Positions 12,882 to 26,385 are shown, counted from the first letter of the stretch. The stretch is DNA of 64,000 nucleotides from Rhynchopus sp. YZ270_cl-10 (GCA_964035575.1 OZ037836.1:1302001-1366000), one strand, 5' to 3'. Translations and numbers: made by a program. The notes: generated from the sequence alone by a model not told the origin.

Positions 12882-13430
12882 CAGGCATGAGAATAAGGTT
12901 AGGGGGGTGCGGGTCCGGGGTCCGGGGTCCGGGCTATTCTCACAAGGGGTGGGGTGGGGGTGAGGGGGTCTCGGTTTTTTGGAGTGCTGAACGACACGTT
13001 GGGTGTGGGGTGGGGTGAGGGGATCTCTAAGCTGACTCTAATCTATGTAAAGATTCACAAATGGGGCTTTCTCGGGACCCCCTCTTGACAGCGGGGGTGC
13101 CGGACAGGCTGTCATGTACAGCTGCCTGGGGTGATGACATAGTAAAATTTCTGTTGTGGATGTGTTGGTGCTGGGAATGGGTGGGGGTGTCGGGGTTTAA
13201 CAGGGTGCCGGGCAGGGTGCCGGGCAAGGTGCCGGGCAGAGTGCAAAATGAAAATACCAAAAAACACCGGCATTTGCATTTTCGGAATCCGTGCGGCCAG
13301 TGGTGGGGTCACTTTTCCAAAATGGACAAGTTCTTAGAGGGTGGGAAGGGAGCAAGAGTAGGGTAGGGGGGTGTGGGGTTCCGGGGGGCCGGGTCCGGGG
13401 TCCGGGGTCCGGGCCTTATTCTCATGCCTG
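12882..13430. mobile_element. hAT-like MITE, probably intronic in the RRM-R3H gene
   Basis: 17-bp TIR CAGGCATGAGAATAAGG with a near-perfect 8-bp TSD (CTCCGTCC / CTCCCTCC). It lies just past the GT donor at 13466. Confidence 0.8.
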
Positions 13431-13466
13431 CTCCCTCCCCTCTCCTCCCCTCCCCTCCCCACATAC

Positions 13467-15235
13467 CTTGCAGTGCACGATGTCTTCATGCTTTACCGCG
13501 AGCTTGTTCGGACGCTCCCTAACCACCCCTGCACCGCTTGCCCCAAAGGACCCATTCCCTGGAGTACGCGGAGGGGGTGTGCCGACCGAGGGTCTGTGCA
13601 CAGGGGTGCTGCGTGCCGACGCACCGCCTCTCTTGTGGGTGCACACTGTACCCTCCGCGAGATGACTCCATCTGAGGCTGTGTCGGTGACACAGCTTTCG
13701 GATGTGCACGTAGGCAGGGTCTGAACGAGGCACCATTAGCTCCTTTCTGTCGTCAGCCTCGGCAAAGGCGGCAATGATCTTCTCCAAGGCAATCTCACTC
13801 TCCCCTGGCTCCGTGGGGTCGTCGTGCGCTGTGTACGCGATGTGCTCAGTAGGCGCCAGTGCAGGGCTCACCGAAGGGCTTTTGCCTTCGTACGTTTGGT
13901 CAAGGGGAACCCCGCGACCGTGGCTGTCAGGGCGGACACCTTGCTTGTGTTTGAATTCAACTCGGATCTGTAGTGAATTTTTTTAGTTTCGGCTAATCAT
14001 ATAGGATAGAATGGTGTACACAAAAAGTCGTTCACTGTCGTTCACTCAACCCAACTGTGCTCCGCAACACCACTATAGAGGGATGTGGTAGTGTGTGTGG
14101 AAGCGTCAACGCATCAAACAACTACAGGAAAGGGGGGGGGTGAGGAAACAAAAATCGTGATTTTTTTTTTTTGCTGATCTGAAAACCTAGTCGTTTGGAA
14201 TATACCTTTCGCGCATGCACGCTTAATTGTTCTATCTGGAAACGTCCCACCTCGGCCTCAGCATGGGTGTCGTACTTTGCAAACGCTATTCCCTTAAACG
14301 CACCTCGCTCATCATGGTAATAGCGTACATAGGAAGGCTTGCACGAAAGCTTAATCTGTGTGTGTGTGTGTATTGTTTTTTTTCCAGTTTTTGGGAGAAT
14401 TTGGTAAAGGGGGAGGGAGAACAATTTTAAAAATGGGAACAAAAATCGAGAACAAAAATTTCGATTTTTTTTTTTAATCTTGGTTGTATTATTAAGAAGT
14501 AATCGAGATGCAATACCCTCCTCCGATATTGTCACTGTACCTAATGTCGCTTCCTCTACACACGCAAAGCAATCCTGCGAGCCTACGCCCACCACCCGCA
14601 ACCACAGAACAGGTGCCAAGCGCATGGAAGAAAGACCGTTTGCAAGAAATTATTACGCATGCACTCGACGTTTGGATAAAGAAAACTATGAAAGGGGGTT
14701 TGGGGGGAAGAGTTTAATTCTTGAACCCCCACACTCACACATGTCTTGTAAAAAAAAACCCCCCTTTTGTTTACCATTCCTTAGGGAACGGTGCAATGGG
14801 TCCTATGAAGGCGGAGAAGAAAACATTCTCAAAAGCTTCTGTGTCGGATTTCTCTTTCAAGGAAAAGAAGACACAAACTCCGAATGATACGGTACAACTT
14901 ACATACAGTCCCGCCTCTAATTAGTGAATTTATAATTTATAAATTCAACCAAATCTGAAAATATTTAAAAAACGCCATCAATTATAGGCGGGACTGTATG
15001 TGCCTTCTCTTGCCTCTTGCCATACCAATTCCTCCATAAGTTCTTCGTGTTGCAGCTGAAAGGGCAGGTTCTTAAGGACGAGTGTCGAGTGCACCTTCTC
15101 TCGCGCGCTCTCGAGTGAGGTGGCACTGTGGTTGAATGGGAACGCCATGTTGCGCATGGCTGCGATGCCCTCCTCTGCTGCTGTCCAGGAACGCGTGTGG
15201 AACACAAAGGACACACGTCGGTCGCCTGCCTCACT
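13467..15235 (-). CDS. Spliced RNA-binding protein, RRM + R3H-like (resembles fungal Pin4/Cip1); exons ~15235-15026, 14355-14206, 13967-13467; possible last exon ~12262-12188
   Basis: GT-AG phase-0 joins rebuild STLVLKNLPFQLQHEELMEEL|IKLSCKPSYVRYYHDERGAFKGIAFAKY...HARK|IRVEFK (RNP2/RNP1), followed by an R3H-like segment (FAEADDRKELMVP..HIRKLCHRHSL). The 5' and 3' gene ends are uncertain. Confidence 0.75.
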
Positions 15236-16086
15236 GTTTAGAAAGGGTGTGTGTTGGAATATTAGGGGTAATTCTTGTGCAGAATATGGCCTCAAAAAAG
15301 TGTGTTTGAGAACAGGTGTGGGTTGTCTGTAGCATTTGCCCCAAGTGTGTGTGTGTGTGTGTGTGTTTGATAACGGGTTTAGAGTGGGTAACGCCTGAAC
15401 GGAGTATGGCCCACTTGTCACTTCTACCAGCCATATTGAGGGAGAGGCTACGGCTTATTGATACGGTTTTGGTGACTCCTTACGAATAAAATAAAATAAA
15501 AAGGGGGAGGGTTCTTCGCGGACGATTGGAGCGGGGGGTATACAAAATCAATTTCTCCAACCGTCATTCAACATCAGGATTTGATCTTCACCCTGTGGGG
15601 TTTTCATCTTCGCGGGCACCTGCCCTGTGATACATGGCGGTATGACGCACTTACCATGAAACACCAACTAGTGGTGTAGCTGCGGCGCCTGTGACCATTT
15701 TGAACAGTCTCTGCGGAAAAAAGGTACTATGGCTAAATAAAAGTTGAATGTCTTTCCAGGCAGCACACCTCACCCGAGGATGTGGCAAGCTCCCTCAGTG
15801 CAATGAGCTTGGCCTGACTTTGGGCAGTTGTACAGTCGGCACACTTCACCACCCAGGGTGTGGCAATGGGGCCTGCGAGGTGCAATGCAGGTTGCCCACT
15901 GGACTGACCGTCACAAAACAAAAGGGGAAAAAAAAAGGGGGGTGACGTTTAACCCTCAGGGTTCTTCATAGGGCTTCTGGAGGCGCCATATACCCCCGGA
16001 TGCAATTTACCGTCCAGCCCAGGACGTGTGTGTGTGTGTGTGTTTGATAACAAGTAGGGGTAATTCTTGCTCAGAATATGGCCCCA

Positions 16087-16087
<1 letters not shown>

Positions 16088-16139
<52 letters not shown>
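16088..16139. repeat. (TG)n microsatellite, left flank of the YR retrotransposon
   Basis: Directly visible. Confidence 0.98.
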
Positions 16140-16141
<2 letters not shown>

Positions 16142-16512
16142 GGTCTCTTTAGGATAAAATATGGGGGGAAAGGTCTTTTTTGGTTAATAGCGCCGAAAAA
16201 ACGGCAGCGAGGTATGTGGTCATGAGGGCGAGACTGGGGAAACACCCGTCGCTCGTGCCCTGACCTGTGCCCAACTTTGACGCCACACTGAGGTAGCGTT
16301 CTCCACGTGAGAAGCATAATCTCCAATACTGTCTCATGACAGAAAACAACTCCGAACACAAAAAATATGGCACGAAAAAACGTAACGTAGGTAAAAAACA
16401 GCCCCACGCGAAACACACGCACGAAACATCAAAAACAACAACCTTGACTCGACCATTCGCACTCCGACGACCAGAAAAAACAAAGCCACACCCTAGAAAA
16501 TAGAAAAAACAT

Positions 16513-19500
16513 CTACTGCAGGACATCGTCAGACACTCTCATCCCCGACGCCTCCTCCACGACGTGACCAAACCTGTTGGGACTCAAACTCACGCCCTGA
16601 CCTGCCAGCTTCTGTCGGGACCCCCAGTCGGCGGGCATCTCGTCGGTCTTAATCCACCTGATGTGAAGGTGTGCCTTCGCTGCGGAGAGTCGCGTGCTCA
16701 TCCTCCTCAGAATGGAGTTGCCCAGGCGGGTGCGGGAGTGGCCTCTCCTGAGGACATACTTCACCGCCTCGTTGTCCACGAAAAGAACGATAGCTGTGTG
16801 GCCGCCCTCCAAAGCTGCTGCCATGCCCTTCTCAGCCGCACGCAGCTCCAACACAAACATCTCTCCAGAGGTGTGCGTCGATTCCCACCGTCCGTGCCTT
16901 TCGACGCCAGAAAAAGAGTTCTGCAGCTTCGACACCCAGCCCCAGCCTGTCGTGGACGCGTCGGTCCATACTGCGATGGAGAAATGTATCGGGGGCGGAG
17001 AGGGGAAGGGAACCGTCACACAAGTCTGAATGTTCGCCACAGCGAAAGCTGCCAACTCCTCCTTCGTCGCAACGTGCATGGCCACGTCGTCATCCCATGA
17101 CAGCTTCTTGCGGGAGACGAGTTGTGCTTTACTGCGCACGAACTGCAAAGTGTGGCAAAGAAAACATAGCTTGAAATCCAGGACGTACGCGGCTCTGAAC
17201 ACAAGTCCGCATACCTTCCACCATTTTCGTAGGGAACAGGTCTCCAGCTTCAGGGTGTCATGAATGATGCGTGATGACTTTAACCTCCACTCCTCTGGTA
17301 ACGAAAAAGATTGCAACGGAAGGTTCCACACTATGCCGATGAAGTCAACGACTTCAGCCGGTTTAGCCATGGACTTCTTCACGTTTACCTCCGCACCCGC
17401 ACGCTGCAGACGGTCACGCACAAAAGCCGTCTTAGCCGCCGCCTCAGCAGGATATGCACCCCACACAAAAATGTCGTCAAGGTACACAACACCCCATTTG
17501 TTCAGAATGGGGCCAAGAAAAATCTCAGAAGTGTTCTGCGCGATGTACGGCGCGTACGCAAAACCCATGGGTAGACGCGCCCATCTAAACCAACGTCCCC
17601 CAGCCTGCACACAAAAATATTTGGACACCTCGGGTGAGAGGGGGAACTGGTGGAAATACCCCTTTAGGTCGGTCTGTTGAGCAAAGCGTGCGTTTGACAC
17701 CTTAAGCATTGTTGCAAGCTTGTGGGGGTTGACCAGGGAGAAAGGCTGTGGCTTGGCGATCCTTTTGTTAACAGGACGTCCATCCACCACTAGCCTCCGC
17801 AGTTGCGGGTCACTCTTCGGGACGTCAAAAACGCAAACTGCGCCCTTCTTGCGGTCAGTCCGAGCAAGAGGAATCAATACCTTCGACTTCACGCACTCCG
17901 ACACAAAAGAATTTGGGATTTTTGACTTCGGGCCAGGGAGCGGGATCGGTCCAGATAAAGCATCTGCAATCTTACGTCCGGAAGTACACCACTGCAGGAA
18001 ATCAGAGTCCTTCCCTACCTCCTCAGCCATCCTGCGCACGGCCTCCAACACGATTAGGCCCGTGGGGAAAGAATCAAGGCTTTTCTTTATGATGGGGGGG
18101 GGCTTGCAGAGCCCCACGGGGAAGTAGTCGGGGTCAGGCACCTCTATCCCCTCGTCGCAGACTGGTAGGGGATATTTCGCCCCGTTGATCAGTGCAGCAA
18201 CTGCAGGGTCTTCAGCTCCTCCGTCTCCCTCATCCGTGCAGATACGTTCGTCGCGTTCAGGTATGCCGCTGTCTGCCCCACGTTGCTGTGTCGCAGGAGT
18301 AGACGCATTCTTTCGTTTGATGCCCCCTGCAGTTGAATCGCTTGCGCCGCTCCTCTCTTGAATGAGTGCATCCACGTCCCCTTTGGCATGACCTTGCGAA
18401 TGCGCTCCATCAGCGACTCGAACTCTCGTGTGTTGCCCCCCATCACGGTGTTGTGGTGTTGCACAGTTCTCCAAAAAGACACCGCGATTGCTGTTAGAGG
18501 ACCCGGAGGAAGATAGATGGGGGGGCGAGCCACCAGGACGCCCTTCTCCTTCGCAAATAGTTCTGCTCCTACCTTGATCGGCGACTCCCCTGCACAATGA
18601 ATCTCGCGCCAATCCGATTTGTTCAGAAAACGTAGGTCTGGGACGCGGGACCTCGTCATGTAGGACATCGCAGCTAAAGCGGCGGCATGTTGGTCTCCGG
18701 CCTTGACAAGCTTGTTCACGCCGGTGATGACATCGGAGGGAGGAAGAGGTGGCGCCTGTCTCGGACGTACCGCCGCAGATAGTCTTCTGAGCGCCTTCTT
18801 TGCCCCCAATACACGGACCGTTGCGACCCCTCTGATCCCTCGCCGCTTGCACTCTCGCAGGATCTTGCACATGTAGCCTACTACGGAGCGGGGGGCCGCC
18901 GTACGTAGCCTGCGGTGCGCGAACTGCAGAAGATGCACTTCCTTGCTCAGATGAGGAGCAGTTGCGCAGCCCCTCAGGAAATCGCTCCACACTCGTTGCA
19001 CCTCTCCTTGGGTCGTTGGGGCAGTCGCGTGCAGGTGCAGTTCGTCCCACGGAATCCTCTCGTGCATCGCCCTCCCCAGGGCCTTTCCATCCCTGATGGA
19101 GAAAAAGTTGTGGTCGACCAAATTGCGGGGACCTCCTTTCGCTCGTGGTAGCCGCGATGCGAATCTTGTCGTTGGGGAAGGTGGTGGAGACAGATTTGGA
19201 GGAGGGCATACGCCCCATCGTAGTGGTGCCGGCTCTTCTTCCGCTTGGTGCAGGCCAACGTGTAGGCTGTCTGGGCGCAAAGCTGCCTTGTTGTTCTTGT
19301 TTTGGCGCAAAGCTGCCTTCTTGTTGTTCTCTTTTGGGCGCAAAGCTGCCGAATTGTTGACCTTTTTGTCTTTGTCTTTTATCAGGCGCGAAGCTGCCAA
19401 ATTGTTTTTGTCTTTGTTGTTGTTGTTGTTGTTGTTGTTGTTTTTGTTCTTGTTTTTGATTTTGATTTTGTTTTTTCTCAGGCGCAACGAAGCAGCCGAT

Positions 19501-19734
19501 GTTTTTTGTCCCAGGTGCACTGAAGCCGCTGGTTCGCTCTCCCACTTCCATCTCTCTCTGGTCAGTGGTGCCGTAGTTACTACCTGCGAGGGGCGTAGGA
19601 ATGGTTCCGAAAAAACCAGTTCGGGCGTTGGTTGGCACCTCCTCTGGAGTGCCGCGGCTTGTTTTCTGTTCTCGGACGCTTAGGTGCCCTTCCTCCCTGT
19701 GCATGAGATGTCGGAGCCTTTCTCTTCTGTCCAA
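16513..19734 (-). CDS. Reverse transcriptase + RNase H of the YR retrotransposon (conserved domains ~16550-18190)
   Basis: RT motifs RLVVDGR, DLKGYFHQF, RLPMGFAYAPYIAQ and YLDD. DIRS-type RNase H motifs WTDASTTGWG, ELRAA, FVDNEAV and PADWGSR. The true start is uncertain. Confidence 0.92.
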   Translation of the reverse strand: MDRRERLRHLMHREEGHLSVREQKTSRGTPEEVPTNARTGFFGTIPTPLAGSNYGTTDQREMEVGERTSGFSAPGTKNIGCFVAPEKKQNQNQKQEQKQQQQQQQQQRQKQFGSFAPDKRQRQKGQQFGSFAPKREQQEGSFAPKQEQQGSFAPRQPTRWPAPSGRRAGTTTMGRMPSSKSVSTTFPNDKIRIAATTSERRSPQFGRPQLFLHQGWKGPGEGDAREDSVGRTAPARDCPNDPRRGATSVERFPEGLRNCSSSEQGSASSAVRAPQATYGGPPLRSRLHVQDPARVQAARDQRGRNGPCIGGKEGAQKTICGGTSETGATSSSLRCHHRREQACQGRRPTCRRFSCDVLHDEVPRPRPTFSEQIGLARDSLCRGVADQGRSRTICEGEGRPGGSPPHLSSSGSSNSNRGVFLENCATPQHRDGGQHTRVRVADGAHSQGHAKGDVDALIQERSGASDSTAGGIKRKNASTPATQQRGADSGIPERDERICTDEGDGGAEDPAVAALINGAKYPLPVCDEGIEVPDPDYFPVGLCKPPPIIKKSLDSFPTGLIVLEAVRRMAEEVGKDSDFLQWCTSGRKIADALSGPIPLPGPKSKIPNSFVSECVKSKVLIPLARTDRKKGAVCVFDVPKSDPQLRRLVVDGRPVNKRIAKPQPFSLVNPHKLATMLKVSNARFAQQTDLKGYFHQFPLSPEVSKYFCVQAGGRWFRWARLPMGFAYAPYIAQNTSEIFLGPILNKWGVVYLDDIFVWGAYPAEAAAKTAFVRDRLQRAGAEVNVKKSMAKPAEVVDFIGIVWNLPLQSFSLPEEWRLKSSRIIHDTLKLETCSLRKWWKVCGLVFRAAYVLDFKLCFLCHTLQFVRSKAQLVSRKKLSWDDDVAMHVATKEELAAFAVANIQTCVTVPFPSPPPIHFSIAVWTDASTTGWGWVSKLQNSFSGVERHGRWESTHTSGEMFVLELRAAEKGMAAALEGGHTAIVLFVDNEAVKYVLRRGHSRTRLGNSILRRMSTRLSAAKAHLHIRWIKTDEMPADWGSRQKLAGQGVSLSPNRFGHVVEEASGMRVSDDVLQ
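18189..19520 (-). CDS. Tyrosine recombinase (first in-frame ATG ~19067)
   Basis: Catalytic-type motifs TRSRVPDL (R), HSFKRG, LLRHS and TAAYL (Y nucleophile). Confidence 0.88.
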   Translation of the reverse strand: MHLGQKTSAASLRLRKNKIKIKNKNKNNNNNNNNNKDKNNLAASRLIKDKDKKVNNSAALRPKENNKKAALRQNKNNKAALRPDSLHVGLHQAEEEPAPLRWGVCPPPNLSPPPSPTTRFASRLPRAKGGPRNLVDHNFFSIRDGKALGRAMHERIPWDELHLHATAPTTQGEVQRVWSDFLRGCATAPHLSKEVHLLQFAHRRLRTAAPRSVVGYMCKILRECKRRGIRGVATVRVLGAKKALRRLSAAVRPRQAPPLPPSDVITGVNKLVKAGDQHAAALAAMSYMTRSRVPDLRFLNKSDWREIHCAGESPIKVGAELFAKEKGVLVARPPIYLPPGPLTAIAVSFWRTVQHHNTVMGGNTREFESLMERIRKVMPKGTWMHSFKRGAAQAIQLQGASNERMRLLLRHSNVGQTAAYLNATNVSARMRETEELKTLQLLH

Positions 19735-20697
19735 CCCCTGCTGCTGCCTTCAGGGCGGCTTTCCTGTCCGAGGAGACCCCGTTTGAGGCGGTCATGGATT
19801 TGGAGAAGGCCTGGGCCGCCTCCCATCCTTCCTTCGCCCGGATGCCTAGGTGCATCACAGAGTTGAGGAGACCGGACAGGATGTCGTTCGGTGGGGAACC
19901 TTCCAAGATGCTGAACATGATATCCATGCTCGCCTTGATGGCATCCCTGGCGTCCCCTTGCTCCCTTGGCAGGTACATCTCGGTGAGGCGGTTGCGGAGG
20001 GTAAGCAGCTGTACCTCCGAGAGCTCGTGCCATTTGTCCGGGACGAGCAGTACATTGTCCACTGTGAGCTTCTTGGTAGGGGCGGAAGCCTCGCCTTCGC
20101 TCTCGCTATCCCCGATGCTCGCATCCTTCTTCTCATCCTCTGACTTGTCCTCATGTGTAGGGAGGGGGGGGCGGGGGGGGCAGGGTGTTGTGTGTTGGAA
20201 CGAGGGGTGAAGTGCACGGTGAGGCGTTCGCGCTCCTCGTCCCTCTCTGCGTCTCTCACGCTCTCCGCCGCAAACGCTTCAGCAACGGTGTTCACGGAGG
20301 CGGGAGGGGTAGGCACTTCGGGGGAGTGAGGCAGCTCGGCGTCGCCCTCCCTCACGACAGCTCCAAAAAGCTCGTCTCCCAGCCTCTTCCGGAGGACTCC
20401 AAGGAGCAAAAGAAGACGCAGACAGGGAACATCTGTCCAGTCCGAGGGCACAGTTCCCGTGACGCGTGCCAACGCAGCGCGCACGTGTTCCTCCCCGAAA
20501 TCTTCCTTCTCCCCCCGGAAATCCTCAAACGTCCGGACGCACAGCGCGCCCGTGACGGACTCCCAGGCGTTTCCCAGTGCAGACTTCACGGCGTCCGACG
20601 AATCCGCAACGATGTTCGCAACATCTCGCGACATCCGGAACGACCGTGACCCACTCTTGGCCCTGAGCGACTCCAGCGCTTCATCCATAGTGGTCAT
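19580..20697 (-). CDS. Gag-like ORF1, split by one frameshift near the G-runs at ~20160-20180
   Basis: The ATG at 20697 (MTTMDEALESL) lies inside the 30-bp direct repeat. The acidic/helical continuation is in the 19580-20062 frame and ends in a basic tail. Assigned by position only. Confidence 0.6.
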
Positions 20698-20959
20698 GAG
20701 GGCGAGACTGGGGAAACACAACACAAAATACTGATGAAGGTGGTGGTGAGATTTCCCCGTAACGTCCTCAACCAACCTTGCCGAAGCAAGTGGTAAGCAA
20801 TAACAACAAAAGGGCACGTAGCAATAGAGAAATGGTACGCGCAAAAAAAAAAATATATCCATAGCGAAAAAGGGGGAGGGGGAAAAGACTTTCTTATTCG
20901 CGACATATTTTATCCTAGAGACCCCCCTGGCGTAGCAAAGCTACTTAAACAAGTTTACA

Positions 20960-22077
<1,118 letters not shown>

Positions 22078-23059
22078 GATATCAAGGGGTTATTGCCATA
22101 AAGGGAGGCTTCAAAACAAAAACAAAATCGAGCACATGCTTTGCTCTGAGCGTCCGTACTGTAAGAGAACGGAGGCGGTTCAGAACCGTTCGGCAAGCTC
22201 CGCAACCTCTTAAAAAAAAAAAAACAAAAAAAAACAAGTAATTGCTATCGGAAAAAAAACGGGGTGTGATGTGGAACTCCATCCTGTAGAAATAATCTAC
22301 AATAAGCCCAGCATTCTGCTCTTCTGCAGGTATGCTAACGCTCTTCGTACACTGCCAGACCCACTGGGACTCCAGCATCTGAAACGTTCAAGAAGGGGGG
22401 CTGTCCTCTTCGTCCAGCACCATCTGCTCGATAGCGTTGTTGGACGCCCGCTTGGCAGGCTCGGCGTGGTCCAGCTCGTTTTTGTCCACAGGCTCCCCAC
22501 ATTGTAGTCGTCGTTGGAGCAGTGCGGAAGGAACACAGAATGCACAGACTACAACACATCGATCACACCAGCAAATCGCCAGGATGCTACGGTGGTTTCG
22601 AAAATCGCGCGGAGTTTTCCACAGCACACCCGCTTTTTTCTTAGCAATTACTTGTCCTTGTTGTTATTGTTGTTTTCAACCACCTTCCTTCAACCCTTGT
22701 AGGATCAGTTGTTATTTTTTTCGCGAAAACATGAAATTACACATTTCAAGAGAACAAATTAAAAAGGGTCCTTATTTGCATTTTTGGGATCCGCCCGTGC
22801 AGTGGTGGGGTCAATCTCGAAAATTGGACAATTTTTTGAGCACTTAAATTTTGAGAAATATGAGCCCGGTTCCTTATACGTGGGCCCATTTTCGGCTAAA
22901 ATTTTCCTCAAAATCTGGTTTTGTAAAATTGACCCTTTACTCCCCCCCCACATCGATTTCAATACTATACCTTACTTCACCTACGGTTGCCCTTACAGGG
23001 GGGGTGAAGGAAGGTAAGTTGAAAAAAAAAAGAGAAAGTGAGTGTTCCATACAGAGAAA

Positions 23060-23810
23060 GGCCTGTGTTGAGGCTGAACTCACAAAGGTCATCTTCAGCG
23101 ATGTTTGATGATGGCTTCTGCGCGACTGGAGGTGTGTGTGGAGGTGCATAGAAGGAGTGCTCGTAGCTGATGTTCACCTGAGGGTGGTGGAGGGTGGAGG
23201 GTGGAGGGTGGGAAGTTGAAAAGTTGAAAAGTTGAAAATTATTACGCGTCCACTCGACGTTTGGATAAAGAAAACTAAAGATGAAAAAGGGGTTTGGGAG
23301 GGAAGAGTTTAATTCTTGAACGCATCCCCACACTCAGTCGCACGGTGGGAAGTTGAAAAGTTGAAAAGCTATTTCGTATACTGTCTATTCTACTGAACGG
23401 AAGGTCTACCAGGGTACTGGTACTACATGCACCCCCCCAAACTTTTTTTACTTTATGTGGATTTCTGATATTGGTGCTCCTGAAATAAAAAAATACAGTA
23501 CGCAAAAATGGGGTTTTCAGGAGCACCAGATATGTGAAAAAGTTGAAAAACGCTAACACCACATAACATACTGCTGCGAGCCTGCGCTCCACCTGATCGG
23601 ACACGTGCGCAACGAGCGCCGCATCGCTCTCATGGCTAGCTGGGGGCAGCGTCGCGTGCACGACAAAGCCTGGCTGCGAGTCAACCACCTTCGCCTCCTC
23701 ACGCTTCCCTCCTATAGGAGTCGACAGCGGGGTACGTCGACGCATGAAGCCTTCCAACGGGGGTGTGCTGGCCTCAGGGGTTCCCCGCCTCAAGCTGTGC
23801 GAAGAAGGGT
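23060..23810 (-). CDS. Putative exons of an unidentified spliced gene (~23810-23572 and 23177-~23070; other candidates near 25300-25152 and 22500-22300)
   Basis: GC-rich open segments with a GTATGT donor at 23571 and a CAG acceptor at 23178 that join in frame (ERRLAA|VNISYEHSF). No recognisable domain. Confidence 0.35.
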
Positions 23811-24297
23811 GGAATAAGAACGATGGAAACAAAATATTGCTTAGAATAGGTTAACCCTTTAGACCCCATGCCATTTCGACGATTTTGAGTTTTGGTTTTT
23901 TTGGGGGCTCTCCAACCGATAAAGGGACCCCAGATGCAAATTTATTTAGAATAAATGATTAAGATATTCTTTTCAATCGAAAGATCAAGATGGGGTTTTC
24001 CACCTTTCGATTCTTAGAATAAAGAAATAATCGCCTCCACAGAAAAAAAAAGAGGTGATGGTTGCCCATTGACGCAGAAGTATGGCTTGATATTCGGAGT
24101 GACTCCGGCATCCTCAATGCTCTCGAAGCTTCTGGGGGGGGACATTCAGTAGTTCGGCTGGTGTTCGGTTAACAGCAATGGCTAAAACGGAGAAGAAAAT
24201 TATTTCATATACTTTCTTTTCTTAAATGAAAAGAAAAGAAAGCAAAGAGGGTGCGACAAATGTACCCTTGCTTTTTTTTGGAGAAGAAAAAAAAAAC

Positions 24298-24335
<38 letters not shown>

Positions 24336-24916
24336 CTTGCAAAAAGCTAACTCCCAAACAAGATTGCGAACTGTTCGCATGATGGTGCACACGGTCTTCA
24401 AATGGATGTACCTATGCAAGCACCGTAGATGTCAATACGACAAACAAGAGATGAAGCTGACAGGTCTTCTTTGCCCTCCTCGAGTGTCACCTGATCCGGG
24501 CATATCCATTGTGGGGTTGTGAGGTCCATAAATCGCACCTAAAAAGATCGTCCTCTGTGAAGTGACTACTTCGGACTTATGAACGGGCTTAAGGCAATGG
24601 GATACAAGCGTGGTATACAAATGTAACATCCTCTTCCGGACAACGGCGAAGCGAAGGTGGTAAAATCGGGCTGACAATATGGCTGGGAAAAAAATCCAAA
24701 AAATGTATCCTAACAAAATGACCTTTTTTTATGGACTCAACCACAACCACTTCGTTACGGTCGATCCAAAACTTTGGGATTCAATAACTTTGATCAGAAA
24801 AAGCAGTGAGAGAGAGGGGGTTATTATGCGGTACTAGCTCCTTGGGGAACAAAGCTATTCGGGTGGGGAGATTGATTGGGTAAAGAAGAAAATAAATTCT
24901 GGTATTATTTCAGGCG

Positions 24917-25072
24917 CACGACGTTGAAGTAAATTACTTTACTTCTGGTTTTATGTAATTTTACTTGTGAAAATAGTTTACTTGTGGCACACGTAAAAAC
25001 ATAAGCGTACAGCTTAAACACAAAAAAATGACATGTAAAACCACAAGTAAAGTAATTTACTTCAACGTCGTG
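24917..25072. mobile_element. Short MITE, CACGACGTTGAAGTAAATTACTTTACTT TIRs, 2-bp CG TSD
   Basis: TIR pair and TSD visible. Confidence 0.8.
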
Positions 25073-26385
25073 CGCGATGTGCGCTGGGGGGAGGGTAGCT
25101 TTTATCATGACCAAAATCATAGCCGTACAGCAAGTACATACTCTGAGTTACCGACGCTCCCCCCTCCACGCCAGCTGCCTGTTTCCATATGGGGTCGGGT
25201 CTGGTTCGGTATTGCCATGGGAGTGCTACAGCTGTTGAAGCTGCCGTTCGCTGAAGGTGTCCCCGATGCCAAGCCATTGATTGGCTGTTTTCGGACAAGC
25301 TCTGTCGCCAACATCTTACACTAATGAAACAAAGACAAGAAAAAAAAAAAAGAAAAAAAAGCTCTAAACAAACGAACCTGAACCCTTTGTCAACAAGCCC
25401 TTTTCTCTCGCCAGATGAATGGCCAAAATCGAGGAAAAAAGGTTAAAAGCTGGGATGGGGGGGTGGGCGGTGGCGGTGGGGTGGGGTGGGGAGAGACGAT
25501 ACGGGACAGGTGACCCTGACGTGTTTTGTGTGTTTTTTTGAGTCACTGGAGAAGGTGGTTGATTGTGAGTGTGTTATTTTTGTACAGCAGGTGTCGGGTG
25601 TTCCCAGAGCAGTCCGCATATAGCCCGTGGTGCTGGTGGTGTGTCTGATAACTAGAAGGGGGAATTCTTGCGCGGAATAGGGGTCGTACGCCAAAGGTGC
25701 TCTCGTGCTGCAACCACAGACAAGCTGAGGTGCCAGACAAATGCACGAAAGCACCCCACCGCCAGACACAGCTTCCCCTCACATCATCACCACAAACGAT
25801 GTAGAGAACACCCAAACCCCCTACACTCACAACACTGTGCACCTCCACCTCCCACACCCCTTCCTCCAAGCACAAGAGTTGACTCCACACCCCAAGCACC
25901 CCAAGCACCCCAAGCACCCCAAGCACAACAAAGCGCGTCCTCCCCCCTGAGTCTCCCCAGTCACACCACGAAGTGAAAGCACGCCATCAGTGCATCAGAG
26001 CGCACAACGGAAGCCACTCGCCTCCGTCATCACACCTCACACCTCGTCAAGCAAGCTACCAAGAAGACAGTGAAAGACCACGTGGTGTCAACGAGTTCAG
26101 AGTGATGAATTACAGAAAAAAAAGTGGGGGTTGGGCGGGGAGGTACGTTGTAATGAATAAGACATGGGTTTTTGTGGGGATTCTTTTGCAGCACAGAGTA
26201 AAATAACACAATGTGTGATAACGTCTTGCTCAGCACAGCTCTCCTCTCGCACCAAGTAGTAGTCTGTGCCACGGTGAGCAAGACTGTGCCCCTCTTCTTC
26301 TCCGAACCAGAGGACGCAAGCAGACATACTGCCAGAGACCCTCCACCTCGGGGAGGTGCTGCCCTGCCACCAACACACCACGTCG

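Noticed and set aside
13027..13150. Candidate exon of the RRM-R3H gene
   Set aside because: It lies inside the hAT-like MITE and has an early stop in the joining frame.
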